Assembly: GCF_000354175.2 (NCBI RefSeq)
Contig: NC_022359.1
Coordinates: 1,590,001-1,622,000, forward strand
Reading direction: 5' to 3'
DNA from: Vibrio alginolyticus NBRC 15630 = ATCC 17749
GTDB lineage: Bacteria; Pseudomonadota; Gammaproteobacteria; Enterobacterales; Vibrionaceae
DNA: 32,000 bases
Shown: positions 1 through 8,109 of the stretch, one piece after another
Position numbering within the stretch: position 1 is the first letter of the stretch
How the letters are laid out: each line of letters begins with the position of its first letter
Notes under the pieces: model-generated
The model's input: the letters and a program-made list of their open reading frames with translations, nothing else
Databases searched by the model: none
What the model was told of the DNA's origin: nothing
Position numbers and translations under genes: made by a program

Positions 1-141
1 GTATTTCTATTAATAGCGCACGGAGGAACCAGCAACAAGCGCATCGATTTGCCCAGTATCAATACGTTGTGGTATCCGCTCATTCAGTTTGCCGTGAAGG
101 TGATGAATCACCACCTCACCAGTCGACTCGTCACGATCAGA

Positions 142-192
142 AATGAGGCAATGAGGTAATGAGGTAATGAGGTAATGAGGTAATGAGGTAAT
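142..192. repeat. Tandem octanucleotide repeat (AATGAGGT)n: five perfect copies at 150-189 plus degenerate flanking copies
   Basis: Read directly: aaatgaggc, then aatgaggt x5, then aataacgc. Unit length 8 is not a multiple of 3. The repeat creates the repetitive N-terminus (ITSLPHYL...) of the doubtful minus-strand ORF 10..204. Confidence 0.9.
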
Positions 193-378
193 AACGCATG
201 ACACCAGAGATTACATTATGTGTCCAACATTGTGCCCACTCCTAAGTTTCATAACTTCCTTCCCTCGGACGCTTCTATCTCTCACCACAGCAACTATGCT
301 TTAAACGACATGTATTCAATTGTCTAGCTTCAACATATGAAGGTTAAGTGAACATAAACAAGCGAAGGAAACAGGGCC

Positions 379-819
379 ATGGAAGTCGATAAAAATGATA
401 AGTTAACAAAAAAATTACAGATAGTGATTCATTGGTCTGTAAGAGTATTGTCGATAGTTATGTTGTTTGTAATCGTCATGGGTGTGATAGATGTTGCATG
501 GACGATATATCAAAAACTTATCACGCCACCTAAACTCATTCTGACGATTTCAGATATGCTAGCCACTTTTGGTGCTTTTATGGCCGTTTTAATTGCTATT
601 GAAATTTTCATCAATATAACTATTTACCTGAGAGAAAATGTTATTCATGTAAAAATCGTCATGGCCACCGCGCTGATGGCAATCTCCCGAAAGGTCATTA
701 TTATAGACTTTGAAACCTTGTCTCCAATGTACCTGATTGGAATTGCGGCTGTAGTTCTTAGTATGAGTCTTGGTTACTGGCTGATCCATAAACTGCCCAA
801 TAAGAGCCATACTGAATAA
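379..819 (+). CDS. PsiE-family (phosphate-starvation-inducible E-like) small inner-membrane protein, 146 aa
   Basis: Four hydrophobic segments. Pattern IAIEIFINITIYL...VMATALMAISRKVIIID resembles the PsiE signature (YFEFIALIVKYF...IGITAIVRLIIVD in E. coli PsiE). ATG is preceded by gaaggaaacaggg. Confidence 0.55.
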   Translation: MEVDKNDKLTKKLQIVIHWSVRVLSIVMLFVIVMGVIDVAWTIYQKLITPPKLILTISDMLATFGAFMAVLIAIEIFINITIYLRENVIHVKIVMATALMAISRKVIIIDFETLSPMYLIGIAAVVLSMSLGYWLIHKLPNKSHTE

Positions 820-1240
820 ACTTCTCAGCCTCCCGAATTTTCAGATACTCTCAAGGCATGAAAAAGTCTTGTCTTAGCACGTTGGAAGCTAATAAATTCC
901 TCCATGCTAGGCTCTATATACTGCGAGACTACAAGAGTATAGAGTAGTGCCTAGGCGGAGAAATTATCGATATTGCTTTCTAGCAGCTAATCTTTGAGTA
1001 TTGGCACAGCTCAATGGGGGCAAGTGTTGCTCCAGTTCCCCCATCTGATATATACCCTCAACATCTATGCATTTTACTTTCAACTTTTCCGTGGTCCTCT
1101 TAAACAAGGTCGTCACGAGTAGCCTGAAGGATTACATCCGGCTAGAAGTAACAGCCAGAAAAGTGATTGTCAGGTGGTCGGTCATCTCGCCGTAAAATTA
1201 GCTCTTAACGTATACCTTCAGCTCAGTTTGCGAAAAAGCC

Positions 1241-1849
1241 TTAAAGGTCAAAGTAACTTTCAATCCCATTCAGAGTGTTGGTCGTGGCCACAGCGGCTAA
1301 TATCAACCCCATGATCCGACTTACAGCACTAGCTCCTGTATTCCCAATAATCCTGTGTATGTCGCTGGCCATTAATAGCAAGATATAAACAACCAATAGT
1401 ACCAGCAGCATCATAGCCACGGTCTGGACTTGCTCCCAAATATTAAACCGCACGTTCTCTGTGAGTAAAACGGCGGCTAATATTGCGCCAGGGCTAGCAA
1501 TTGATGGAATGGCTAGAGGAAAAACTGCTGTATCATGATGACTATTGAGCGTTCTGATTTCTTCTGCTGGTTTACTCTCACCAAATATCATAGTCAAAGC
1601 AAACAAGAACAATACGATACCGCCCGAGATTTGAAACGCAGACAAGGGAATACGCATTGCTGTAAGTATGATTTCACCAGCAACAACAAAAAACAGTAGG
1701 ATAGCAGCGGAGAATAGAGTCGCAAACAGAGCGACCTTACGCTTTGCCACTTCTTCATAGCTTTTTGTGGCTGCGATAAAAACGGGCACAGTACCTATGG
1801 GATCGATGACAGCAAAGAAAAAGATAAAAGTTGCCACAAAGTCAATCAT
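1241..1849 (-). CDS. MarC family (UPF0056) integral membrane protein, 202 aa
   Basis: Six-TM-like profile. Blocks AVFPLAIPSIASPGAILA and VSRIMGLILA match the conserved MarC blocks (FVPLAMPSTAGPGTIA, ISRLMGFLL). Confidence 0.85.
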   Translation of the reverse strand: MIDFVATFIFFFAVIDPIGTVPVFIAATKSYEEVAKRKVALFATLFSAAILLFFVVAGEIILTAMRIPLSAFQISGGIVLFLFALTMIFGESKPAEEIRTLNSHHDTAVFPLAIPSIASPGAILAAVLLTENVRFNIWEQVQTVAMMLLVLLVVYILLLMASDIHRIIGNTGASAVSRIMGLILAAVATTNTLNGIESYFDL

Positions 1850-2128
1850 GCTACTTCTCCAGTACCAATTTAGCTTTAAGGATAGAAGATCAGCTTGAAG
1901 TAGCAGAGAAAATGTTTGACGCTAACATAGCGAGAGCTCATTCAGAAAAACAAAAATGGTGCGTTATTTACAATACAGAACTTACTTCTATCCTATCGAT
2001 AACTATTAATATCTCAAAGGTAATGACTACCATACCTAACGGTAGTCGCCATCGCTTTAGACTTCTCAGAGAACATCAAAAAAAACAAGTGAACGAGAAG
2101 AATATCGACGTCATAAGATAGTGAGGCT

Positions 2129-2554
2129 TTAGTGTTTATACCAGTGCTCTTTTGACTCCATTTGAGCTTTTACTTCTGCACTATATTCAGCAGTAGGTCG
2201 TGCCAATAACCTTGGAATGCCGATAGGTTCTCCGGACTCTAAACAATAGCCATACTCCCCTGCGCTCAAGCGAGCCAACGATCGTTGAATCTTAGGTAAC
2301 AGCTTTTGCTCTCTATCTATGATTCTTAATGCGATTGCAGATTGCTCCTCACTGGACGCCCTATCGCTTTCGTCACTGAATTCCATTGGCGCAATCATCT
2401 CTTCTTTCGCGCGTTCAATATGCGCTAACGTCAATTCATAAAGCTCAAATAATCGGTTTTCAAAAAACGCGAGCTGAGCTTCATTCATATAATCCGCCTC
2501 GGGCGCTGCAAGAATTTCTTCTTCTGTCATGACATGCTTTTTCTCTTCGTTCAT
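2129..2554 (-). CDS. dksA2: DksA/TraR-family RNA-polymerase-binding factor, Cys-depleted Zn-independent DksA2 type, 141 aa
   Basis: Coiled-coil tip motif DESDRA (DxxDxA). The C-terminal block YGYCLESGEPIGIPRLLARPTAEYSAEV aligns to E. coli [28 protein letters not shown], with only the first of four Cys kept. Start moved to ATG 2554, preceded by GGAGG. The track ORF start at 2659 is a GTG extension. A Zur operator lies in the divergent intergenic region. Confidence 0.8.
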   Translation of the reverse strand: MNEEKKHVMTEEEILAAPEADYMNEAQLAFFENRLFELYELTLAHIERAKEEMIAPMEFSDESDRASSEEQSAIALRIIDREQKLLPKIQRSLARLSAGEYGYCLESGEPIGIPRLLARPTAEYSAEVKAQMESKEHWYKH

Positions 2555-2705
2555 AGAACCTCCACACCGAGATAAGAGTTCGATCTCTAAATTCCGGACA
2601 TCTGAACCTGTGCAACTAAACGACAAATAAAGCCGCCAATAAGGTGCAGTACTCGACACAGTAACAAACTGCTTGATGCCAGAGTTAAGATCACCGACTA
2701 TATTA

Positions 2706-2726
2706 ATTGTTACATTATAACATTAC
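2706..2726. promoter_or_regulatory. Zur operator 1 (core TGTTAC-ATT-ATAACA at 2708-2722)
   Basis: A 6-3-6 inverted repeat matching the gammaproteobacterial Zur box (TGTTATawtATAACA) with one mismatch. It lies between divergent dksA2 and COG0523-A, 16 nt from ATG 2739. Confidence 0.7.
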
Positions 2727-2738
2727 ACTATAAAGAGC

Positions 2739-3944
2739 ATGAGCATGAACACCCAGAAACTCCCTGTTACGGTTTTATCCGGCTTTCTAGGCGCAGGAAA
2801 AACAACCGTTTTAAGTCATATTCTTAACAATAGACAAGGCAGAAAAGTCGCGGTCATCGTCAACGACATGAGCGAAGTCAACATCGATGCGGCAACTGTT
2901 CAGAATGAAGTTTCTCTCAACCACAGTGAAGAAAAGTTGGTTGAAATGAGTAACGGCTGCATCTGTTGTACCCTGCGTGAAGATCTACTTGAAGAAGTCA
3001 CTAAACTCGCGCAAGAAGGCAGATTCGATTACTTAGTTATCGAGTCCACTGGCATCGCCGAGCCACTTCCCGTTGCAGAGACTTTTACGTTTGCTGATGA
3101 AAACGGGCTATCACTTTCAGACGTTGCACGTTTAGACACCATGGTTACGGTGGTTGATGCGATTAACTTTCTGCGTGATTACGATGAAGCTAAGTTCTTA
3201 ACAGAGACAGCCGAATCCTTAGGTGAAGACGATGAACGCAGCGTCGCCGACTTACTCGTCGATCAAGTCGAGTTCGCTGACGTGATCCTGATAAGTAAAA
3301 CCGACCTCGCTGAGAAATCAGAAATCGAAAGGCTTCTTGCGATTCTTAAAACCCTAAACACATCGGCCACTATTCTTCCTATCTCGAATGGTGAAGTAGA
3401 ACTTGATGCCGTACTCGACACACAAAGTTTCAGTTTTGAAAAGGCGCAACAAGCCCCAGGTTGGTTGAAAGAAATGCGAGGCGAGCACATACCTGAAACC
3501 GAAGAATACGGCATTTCCAGCTTTGCCTATCATGCGAGACGCCCTTTCCATCCAGAGAAGTTTTACGACTTCCTCCACAATGCGAAAGATTACGGCAAAC
3601 TGATTCGTTCCAAAGGTTACTTTTGGCTAGCAACCAGACCAGAGTTTGTCGGTCAATGGAGCCAAGCGGGAGGCATCGCACGTTATGGTGTTGCGGGTAT
3701 GTTTTGGAAAGCAATTCCGAAAGAGGAATGGCCGACGGCTCAAGATTACTTAGATGCTATAAACGACATTTGGCAAGAACCTTATGGCGATATGCGACAA
3801 GAATTGGTGTTCATTGGTCAGGGATTAGAGCAAGAGAAATTGATTGCTCGTCTAAACGAATGCTTGTTAACAGAAGATGAGATGGAGCAAGGGCTCGACT
3901 ATTGGTTATCTCTGGAAGACCCTTTCCCTGAATGGGAACAGTAA
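2739..3944 (+). CDS. COG0523 (CobW/HypB/UreG G3E family) zinc-metallochaperone-type GTPase, long ZigA/YeiR-like form, 401 aa
   Basis: P-loop GFLGAGKTT, metal motif GCICC (CxCC), ESTG block, SKTD, and a CobW_C-like C-terminal half. ATG 2745 is an alternative start. A Zur operator lies immediately upstream. Confidence 0.85.
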   Translation: MSMNTQKLPVTVLSGFLGAGKTTVLSHILNNRQGRKVAVIVNDMSEVNIDAATVQNEVSLNHSEEKLVEMSNGCICCTLREDLLEEVTKLAQEGRFDYLVIESTGIAEPLPVAETFTFADENGLSLSDVARLDTMVTVVDAINFLRDYDEAKFLTETAESLGEDDERSVADLLVDQVEFADVILISKTDLAEKSEIERLLAILKTLNTSATILPISNGEVELDAVLDTQSFSFEKAQQAPGWLKEMRGEHIPETEEYGISSFAYHARRPFHPEKFYDFLHNAKDYGKLIRSKGYFWLATRPEFVGQWSQAGGIARYGVAGMFWKAIPKEEWPTAQDYLDAINDIWQEPYGDMRQELVFIGQGLEQEKLIARLNECLLTEDEMEQGLDYWLSLEDPFPEWEQ

Positions 3945-3957
3945 ACGACTGAGATTC

Positions 3958-3989
3958 AAAAAAGCCTCCCACCATTCGGGAGGCTTTTT
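3958..3989. terminator. Rho-independent terminator, bidirectional in form
   Basis: Stem GCCTCCC / GGGAGGC (3964-3970 / 3978-3984) with a 7-nt loop. It is flanked by an A-run (3958-3963) and a T-run (3985-3989). Confidence 0.8.
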
Positions 3990-4092
3990 CGTTACACAGA
4001 GCCAATTTTGGTATACCGAGCCAATTCAGTAAGTCCGTTCTTGGTACAAGCCGAGATTCAAACATGCACCAAGGGAATCCTCACCAGTACAT

Positions 4093-5307
4093 TCAAACTG
4101 TCTTCTTCTGGCTCAACTTAGCTATTTTCTTTGGCCAAGGATCTTCAAATGTTGCCCCCTGTTGCCACTGCTCCAATTCCGCATCCGTTAAAAAGCAGTT
4201 TTCCAGCGCATCAATAAACACATCGACTTCGTTTTCTTGCCCAATCACCGTTAAGCGACAACGACGATCACCAAAGCGGCTTTCAACACTGTCTATCTTA
4301 TCTTGCAGGATTTGACGATGTTCCTCAGTGAAGTTTTGCGATTCGTCATTGATTACCGAAGCGCGCCAAAAGCCTGTAATTTCAAGCCCCACATTGCCGC
4401 TTGCTTGGCTCCAAAGCAGTGAAACATCGTCTCGAGTTGGAAACCAAAAGAACCCCTTACTGCGGAACACACCTTTAGTTAAATACTGGTGGCAGGTATT
4501 CCACAAACGCGCAAGGTGAAAAGGTCGATCATCTTTGATCACTTTCGCGACAAGGCTTTGTTCGTCTTTATCAGAGAGATTCAACGGCTCATTCACCGTC
4601 TCACGTAGTTCGGCGATTAATTGCTCAACGAGGAAGAAGTTGTAGTCTTGCTCACCTTTCAACATGCGGATATCCAAGTTTCCCCATGACGTTTTGATTA
4701 TCTCGGTGTAAACATTAAGCGGGTGAATCGCCTGCGCGATGTTGCGAACGGTATTGTCATCCACTTTGTCCGTCTTGGTGAGCATGACACGGTTTGAGAA
4801 CATGATTTGCTCTACCAACAAGTTTTCAACGCCGCGAACACCCAGCTGTACGTTCTCCTGCCACTTCGGAATTAACGCAGAACCTTGTCGATAGTCATCT
4901 CGCAACCAAGTTGCATCCACCAACGTAATCACGTCTTTGAGTGCGAATTGTGCGTTGTTTTTGAAATACTCAACCAAAGGCAATGGATGACTACTGCCCG
5001 ACGTTTCAATCACAATCCATTCTGGCGATTTTTCTACGCAGAGCTTTTTAAGGGCTTTATCGAGCTGCTTTACACCGCTCGGGCTGCTGATACTGTCTCC
5101 ACTGATCGTGACAAAGTTGCCCTGCTCTTCACTCACCGCATCGGTATTTAAGATAAGCACGCCATCAACGTCTAACTCACTCATGTCATTCACAATAACG
5201 GAAAGATCAATACCAGAGGAATCGGCTTGTTGAAGAATGTTGCGTAAAAACGTGGTTTTCCCTGACCCGAGAAACCCATGCAAAATGGTGACTGGAATTG
5301 ATGGCAT
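4093..5307 (-). CDS. COG0523 G3E GTPase paralog lacking the CxCC motif (SxSS instead), 404 aa
   Basis: P-loop GFLGSGKTT, ETSG, TKTD, and a CobW_C-like C-terminus. The position of GCICC in the neighbouring paralog is DSISS here (codons AGT ATC AGC AGC at 5083-5094). A Zur operator lies 30 nt upstream of the ATG. Confidence 0.85.
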   Translation of the reverse strand: MPSIPVTILHGFLGSGKTTFLRNILQQADSSGIDLSVIVNDMSELDVDGVLILNTDAVSEEQGNFVTISGDSISSPSGVKQLDKALKKLCVEKSPEWIVIETSGSSHPLPLVEYFKNNAQFALKDVITLVDATWLRDDYRQGSALIPKWQENVQLGVRGVENLLVEQIMFSNRVMLTKTDKVDDNTVRNIAQAIHPLNVYTEIIKTSWGNLDIRMLKGEQDYNFFLVEQLIAELRETVNEPLNLSDKDEQSLVAKVIKDDRPFHLARLWNTCHQYLTKGVFRSKGFFWFPTRDDVSLLWSQASGNVGLEITGFWRASVINDESQNFTEEHRQILQDKIDSVESRFGDRRCRLTVIGQENEVDVFIDALENCFLTDAELEQWQQGATFEDPWPKKIAKLSQKKTV

Positions 5308-5337
5308 ACCTTTGACCTACAAACTCTGAATAAACAC

Positions 5338-5355
5338 ATGTTATAACATAACAAT
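5338..5355. promoter_or_regulatory. Zur operator 2 (ATGTTATAACATAACAAT; core TGTTAT-AAC-ATAACA at 5339-5353)
   Basis: Perfect 6-3-6 inverted repeat. The 18-mer is identical to those at 7115-7132 (reverse complement) and 12734-12751. Confidence 0.8.
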
Positions 5356-5582
5356 GTATTGAGTTATAGAAGGAATCCAATTGCTGTCTTAGACCCAAAA
5401 CTTAGAATCGGTAAAGATCACAGGGGCTGATTTCTCAGAACTCGCCTTCGTTTCTCATCACGTTTCATCACCAGCAAAGGTCTGACTATTGATAAAAATA
5501 ATAAGTGGTTACAAAACGACCATTGCTTTGTTTATAAAATTGGAGAAAGATGACAATACAGCGATTTATAGGAGGTGGTGTT

Positions 5583-5762
5583 ATGACTTTAGTTCTTACC
5601 GTTCTTATTTTCCTAAGTTGTATTGCGATGCTCGCAATTGGTGTGATGTTTTCACGTAGGCCGATCAAAGGCGGAGGTTGTTGCAAAGCGTCCGATGTTG
5701 CGGATGTGGGCGCACGTAAAAGAAAAAATCGCAGTCATTATTCTTCTAGGAACACATATTGA
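5583..5762 (+). CDS. Small membrane-anchored protein (59 aa): one TM helix followed by RRPIKGGGCC and a basic tail; faint NqrM/DUF539-like N-terminus
   Basis: Strong SD AGGAGG at 5570-5575, 7 nt before ATG 5583 (the track ORF starts at 5550). Hydrophobic segment LVLTVLIFLSCIAMLAIGVMF. Followed by a hairpin terminator. Confidence 0.45.
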   Translation: MTLVLTVLIFLSCIAMLAIGVMFSRRPIKGGGCCKASDVADVGARKRKNRSHYSSRNTY

Positions 5763-5803
5763 GACTCACCTATTGCTCCAACCTCATAACACAAAATAGC
5801 ATA

Positions 5804-5840
5804 ACTGAGCCCTAACAAATTGTCGGGACTCAGTTTTTCG
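5804..5840. terminator. Hairpin terminator shared by the small ORF (+) and the M23 gene (-)
   Basis: ACTGAGCCC / GGG(A)CTCAGT stem with one bulged A, followed by TTTTT on the plus strand. The 3' arm overlaps the stop codon of the M23 gene. Confidence 0.6.
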
Positions 5841-7089
5841 TTTCTACTAGATAATCAAACTCTGATACTCGCGCCAAAAATGAAGGTTTCTGGATGTTAG
5901 GAAGCGACTTCGCGATAGGTAAGTCGGCTTTCATTGCATCAACCGGACGATTACGAACTAAAACTTCAAAATGTAAATGTGGTCCGGTTGAACGACCAGT
6001 ATTCCCAGAGAGGGCTATTTTTTGCCCACGCTTTATAACTTGACCTTTTTTAACCAAGATTTTATTCAAGTGTAGGTAACGAGTTTTGTACACACTGTTA
6101 TGTTCAATCACTAAATAATTACCGGCATAAGGGTGCTTGCGGACCGCAATTACTTTTCCATCCCCAGTAGAATAAACTGGCGCACCGATTGGTGTCGCGA
6201 AATCCGTTCCGTTATGCGGGGTGACTCTTCCCGTCACTGGGTGTTTACGCTTAGGGTTAAACCCAGAGGTGATTCGGCGGTATGCCCTATCGACAGGATA
6301 ACGGTTAAACGCTCGCTCCAAACTGTTACTAGCTCTATCATAGAACCGTCCATCCTCGGCTAGAAATGCAGCGACTTCGCCCTTCGCTAAGTTAAAAGAA
6401 ATAGCCTTAATCTCACTATTGCCAGTTTTGTGTTCACCTAAATATTGCTGTTTCACTAATATATCGAAACGGTCACCGGCTCTAAGAGATCGCGCAAAAT
6501 CAATCTTATCTTTCATCACCTGCGTAATATTTGCGACGTGGCCTGATGCCAATCCTACTCGATGTGCCGAGACTGAAAAACTCCCTTTGATTTCTCCCGA
6601 AAATAAGGTTTCACGCCATTCCCCTGAAATTTCCTGAAATTCGTAAGAGAAGGAGCCATCGTTTTCTCTAGTGTAGATAGCCTTCTCTACAAGGCTCATA
6701 TGATAAATTAGTCGACTCAATTGCCCCATGTCATCCATCACTAATTCAAGCTCTTCTCCGGGCTCAATCATATCTAGCTGGAGGTGATCAAGATCAACTG
6801 AGAGAATTTGCTGCAAAATACCGTAAGGGAGACCCAATTGAGCGAAGATACCACTGAGCGTATCTCCCACTTTAACTATGTAGTGTATTTGTTTAGGTTT
6901 AGGCAACGGAGTCAAACTGCTATCTGAGGGAACCACTATCTTTGATGATGGAGGTGGTGACGAATCACTGCTTTGATTCAGTTGAGTGCTGTGACTATCT
7001 TGATTTGGCTCATCCTCTGTAGGTAGAAGCAAAGCGACCGAAAAACAAAACACAGCAACGATTAAAGCAATAAATTTAAACTGACTCAT
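5830..7089 (-). CDS. LysM-domain M23 family murein DD-endopeptidase (ShyB/MepM-like), 419 aa
   Basis: N-terminal signal anchor; LysM block HYIVKVGDTLSGIFAQLGLPYGILQQIL; M23 metal motifs HNGTDFA (HxxxD) and GPHLHFEV (HxH). A Zur operator lies 25 nt upstream of the ATG. Confidence 0.85.
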   Translation of the reverse strand: MSQFKFIALIVAVFCFSVALLLPTEDEPNQDSHSTQLNQSSDSSPPPSSKIVVPSDSSLTPLPKPKQIHYIVKVGDTLSGIFAQLGLPYGILQQILSVDLDHLQLDMIEPGEELELVMDDMGQLSRLIYHMSLVEKAIYTRENDGSFSYEFQEISGEWRETLFSGEIKGSFSVSAHRVGLASGHVANITQVMKDKIDFARSLRAGDRFDILVKQQYLGEHKTGNSEIKAISFNLAKGEVAAFLAEDGRFYDRASNSLERAFNRYPVDRAYRRITSGFNPKRKHPVTGRVTPHNGTDFATPIGAPVYSTGDGKVIAVRKHPYAGNYLVIEHNSVYKTRYLHLNKILVKKGQVIKRGQKIALSGNTGRSTGPHLHFEVLVRNRPVDAMKADLPIAKSLPNIQKPSFLARVSEFDYLVETKN

Positions 7090-7114
7090 GAGAAACTAAG
7101 TATCAATAACAACG

Positions 7115-7132
7115 ATTGTTATGTTATAACAT
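7115..7132. promoter_or_regulatory. Zur operator 3 (ATTGTTATGTTATAACAT, reverse complement of operators 2 and 4)
   Basis: Exact 18-mer match. It lies between the divergent M23 gene (ATG 7089) and the aspartoacylase-family gene (ATG 7237). Confidence 0.8.
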
Positions 7133-7236
7133 ATCTAGGATTGTTTTTACTCAGTTTAGTAAACGTTTATTCAGTTCACTGGATTGGCTAAGAGAAGACC
7201 AGTCATTCAACCCATTCTCTTTGAGAAGGCTCAATA

Positions 7237-8109
7237 ATGAACACATTCAATTCAGCACTTATCGTTGCAGGAACACACGGAAACGAACTTTCTGGTATTT
7301 ATTTACATAAACTAATCAAAGAAAAACGTTACTCTGTCAATAGATCAACCTTTTCAGCCTGCTCGATCATCGCGAACTCCGAAGCAGCAAAACACAACGT
7401 CCGATACATCGATACAGACTTAAATCGCGAGTTCTCAGCAATGAATAGCAATCATTGTCCTGATTTGCATGAAAGCAAGATTGCACATCAATTTATCGAG
7501 AAATATGCAAACCAAGAAAAACTGTTGATTGTTGACCTGCACAATACAACAAGCAATATGGGAGCGACGTTGATTTTGCTTTCTAACGATGTGTTTTATC
7601 GGAAACTGGGCGCGTACGTCAAACAACGAATGCCATCAGCACATGTCCTTTTCGAAGAGCGAAAAGAATGGCAAGAGCAACCTTACCTTTGTACTGCTGG
7701 GCAATATGGAATAATGATTGAGGTCGGGGCGCAAGCACATGGTGCGCTAGAGTACAGTACGTTGGAGTTGATGAAACAGATGCTTACCGCAGTATTGGAC
7801 TATGTTGAAAAGCACAACCTCAACCAAATAGGCTTACTGAGCGATTATGAGGCGTTTTTTTACACCGAAGAAATCAGGGTTCCACTTGATCAAGAGGGTA
7901 TGCGGCAAGCACTAGTACACCCTACTATTTGTGGCAGAGATTTTGAGGCGGTCAAACCAGGAGCACCTTTATTAGCGACTTTCGCTGGTTATGATATCCA
8001 TTGGAATGGCAAAGGGGAAATTTACCCGCACTTTATCAATGAGAGCGCCTACAGTACCGCAAATATAGCAATGGCCCTCGCTAAAAAAAGACGTGTTTCT
8101 TCCGTGTAA
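7237..8109 (+). CDS. Succinylglutamate desuccinylase/aspartoacylase (AstE/AspA) family zinc hydrolase, 290 aa
   Basis: Motifs AGTHGNELSG (His/Glu metal ligands) and VDLHNTTSNMG, characteristic of aspartoacylase-type enzymes. SD GAGAAGG lies upstream. Confidence 0.8.
   Translation: MNTFNSALIVAGTHGNELSGIYLHKLIKEKRYSVNRSTFSACSIIANSEAAKHNVRYIDTDLNREFSAMNSNHCPDLHESKIAHQFIEKYANQEKLLIVDLHNTTSNMGATLILLSNDVFYRKLGAYVKQRMPSAHVLFEERKEWQEQPYLCTAGQYGIMIEVGAQAHGALEYSTLELMKQMLTAVLDYVEKHNLNQIGLLSDYEAFFYTEEIRVPLDQEGMRQALVHPTICGRDFEAVKPGAPLLATFAGYDIHWNGKGEIYPHFINESAYSTANIAMALAKKRRVSSV

Noticed and set aside
10-204. 64-aa minus-strand ORF, considered as a possible YoeB-like toxin remnant
   Set aside because: Half of the ORF is generated by the octamer repeat. 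The similarity to YoeB is limited to a few residues, there is no antitoxin partner and no SD. It is recorded as a repeat rather than a gene.
218-237. Direct repeat TGTGTCC / TGTGCCC upstream of the psiE-like gene, considered as a Pho box
   Set aside because: The spacing is 12 bp rather than 11. The match to CTGTCAT is poor, and the site lies about 150 nt from the start codon.
820-1240. 420-bp gene-free stretch with a 7-bp-stem hairpin (ATGGGGG...CCCCCAT at 1014-1044) and a 29-codon ORF (MKKSCLSTLEANKF...)
   Set aside because: No U-tract, no recognisable RNA family, no conserved protein motif, and stops in all frames. It could be decayed DNA or an sRNA, but nothing in the sequence supports a call.
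1831-2121. 96-aa plus-strand ORF between marC-like and dksA2
   Set aside because: It overlaps the marC-like start in antisense, has no SD and shows no recognisable similarity. It is probably non-coding spacer.
2555-2659. In-frame N-terminal extension of DksA2 from a GTG (track ORF start)
   Set aside because: The internal ATG at 2554 has a strong GGAGG SD and gives a canonical-length DksA. The extension has no DksA homology.
3951-4062. 10-bp direct repeat GAGATTCAAA (3951-3960 and 4053-4062) flanking the terminator, plus GAGCCAATT repeated 20 bp apart (about 4009-4037), considered as a MITE or target-site duplication
   Set aside because: No terminal inverted repeats and no other copy in the window. 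The short AT-rich repeats could be chance or a local duplication, so this is insufficient for a mobile-element call.
3263-5398. Numerous 60-95 aa ORFs antisense to or out of frame with the two long COG0523 genes
   Set aside because: They lie entirely within well-supported CDSs, lack ribosome-binding sites and have low-complexity or odd composition. They are typical shadow ORFs.
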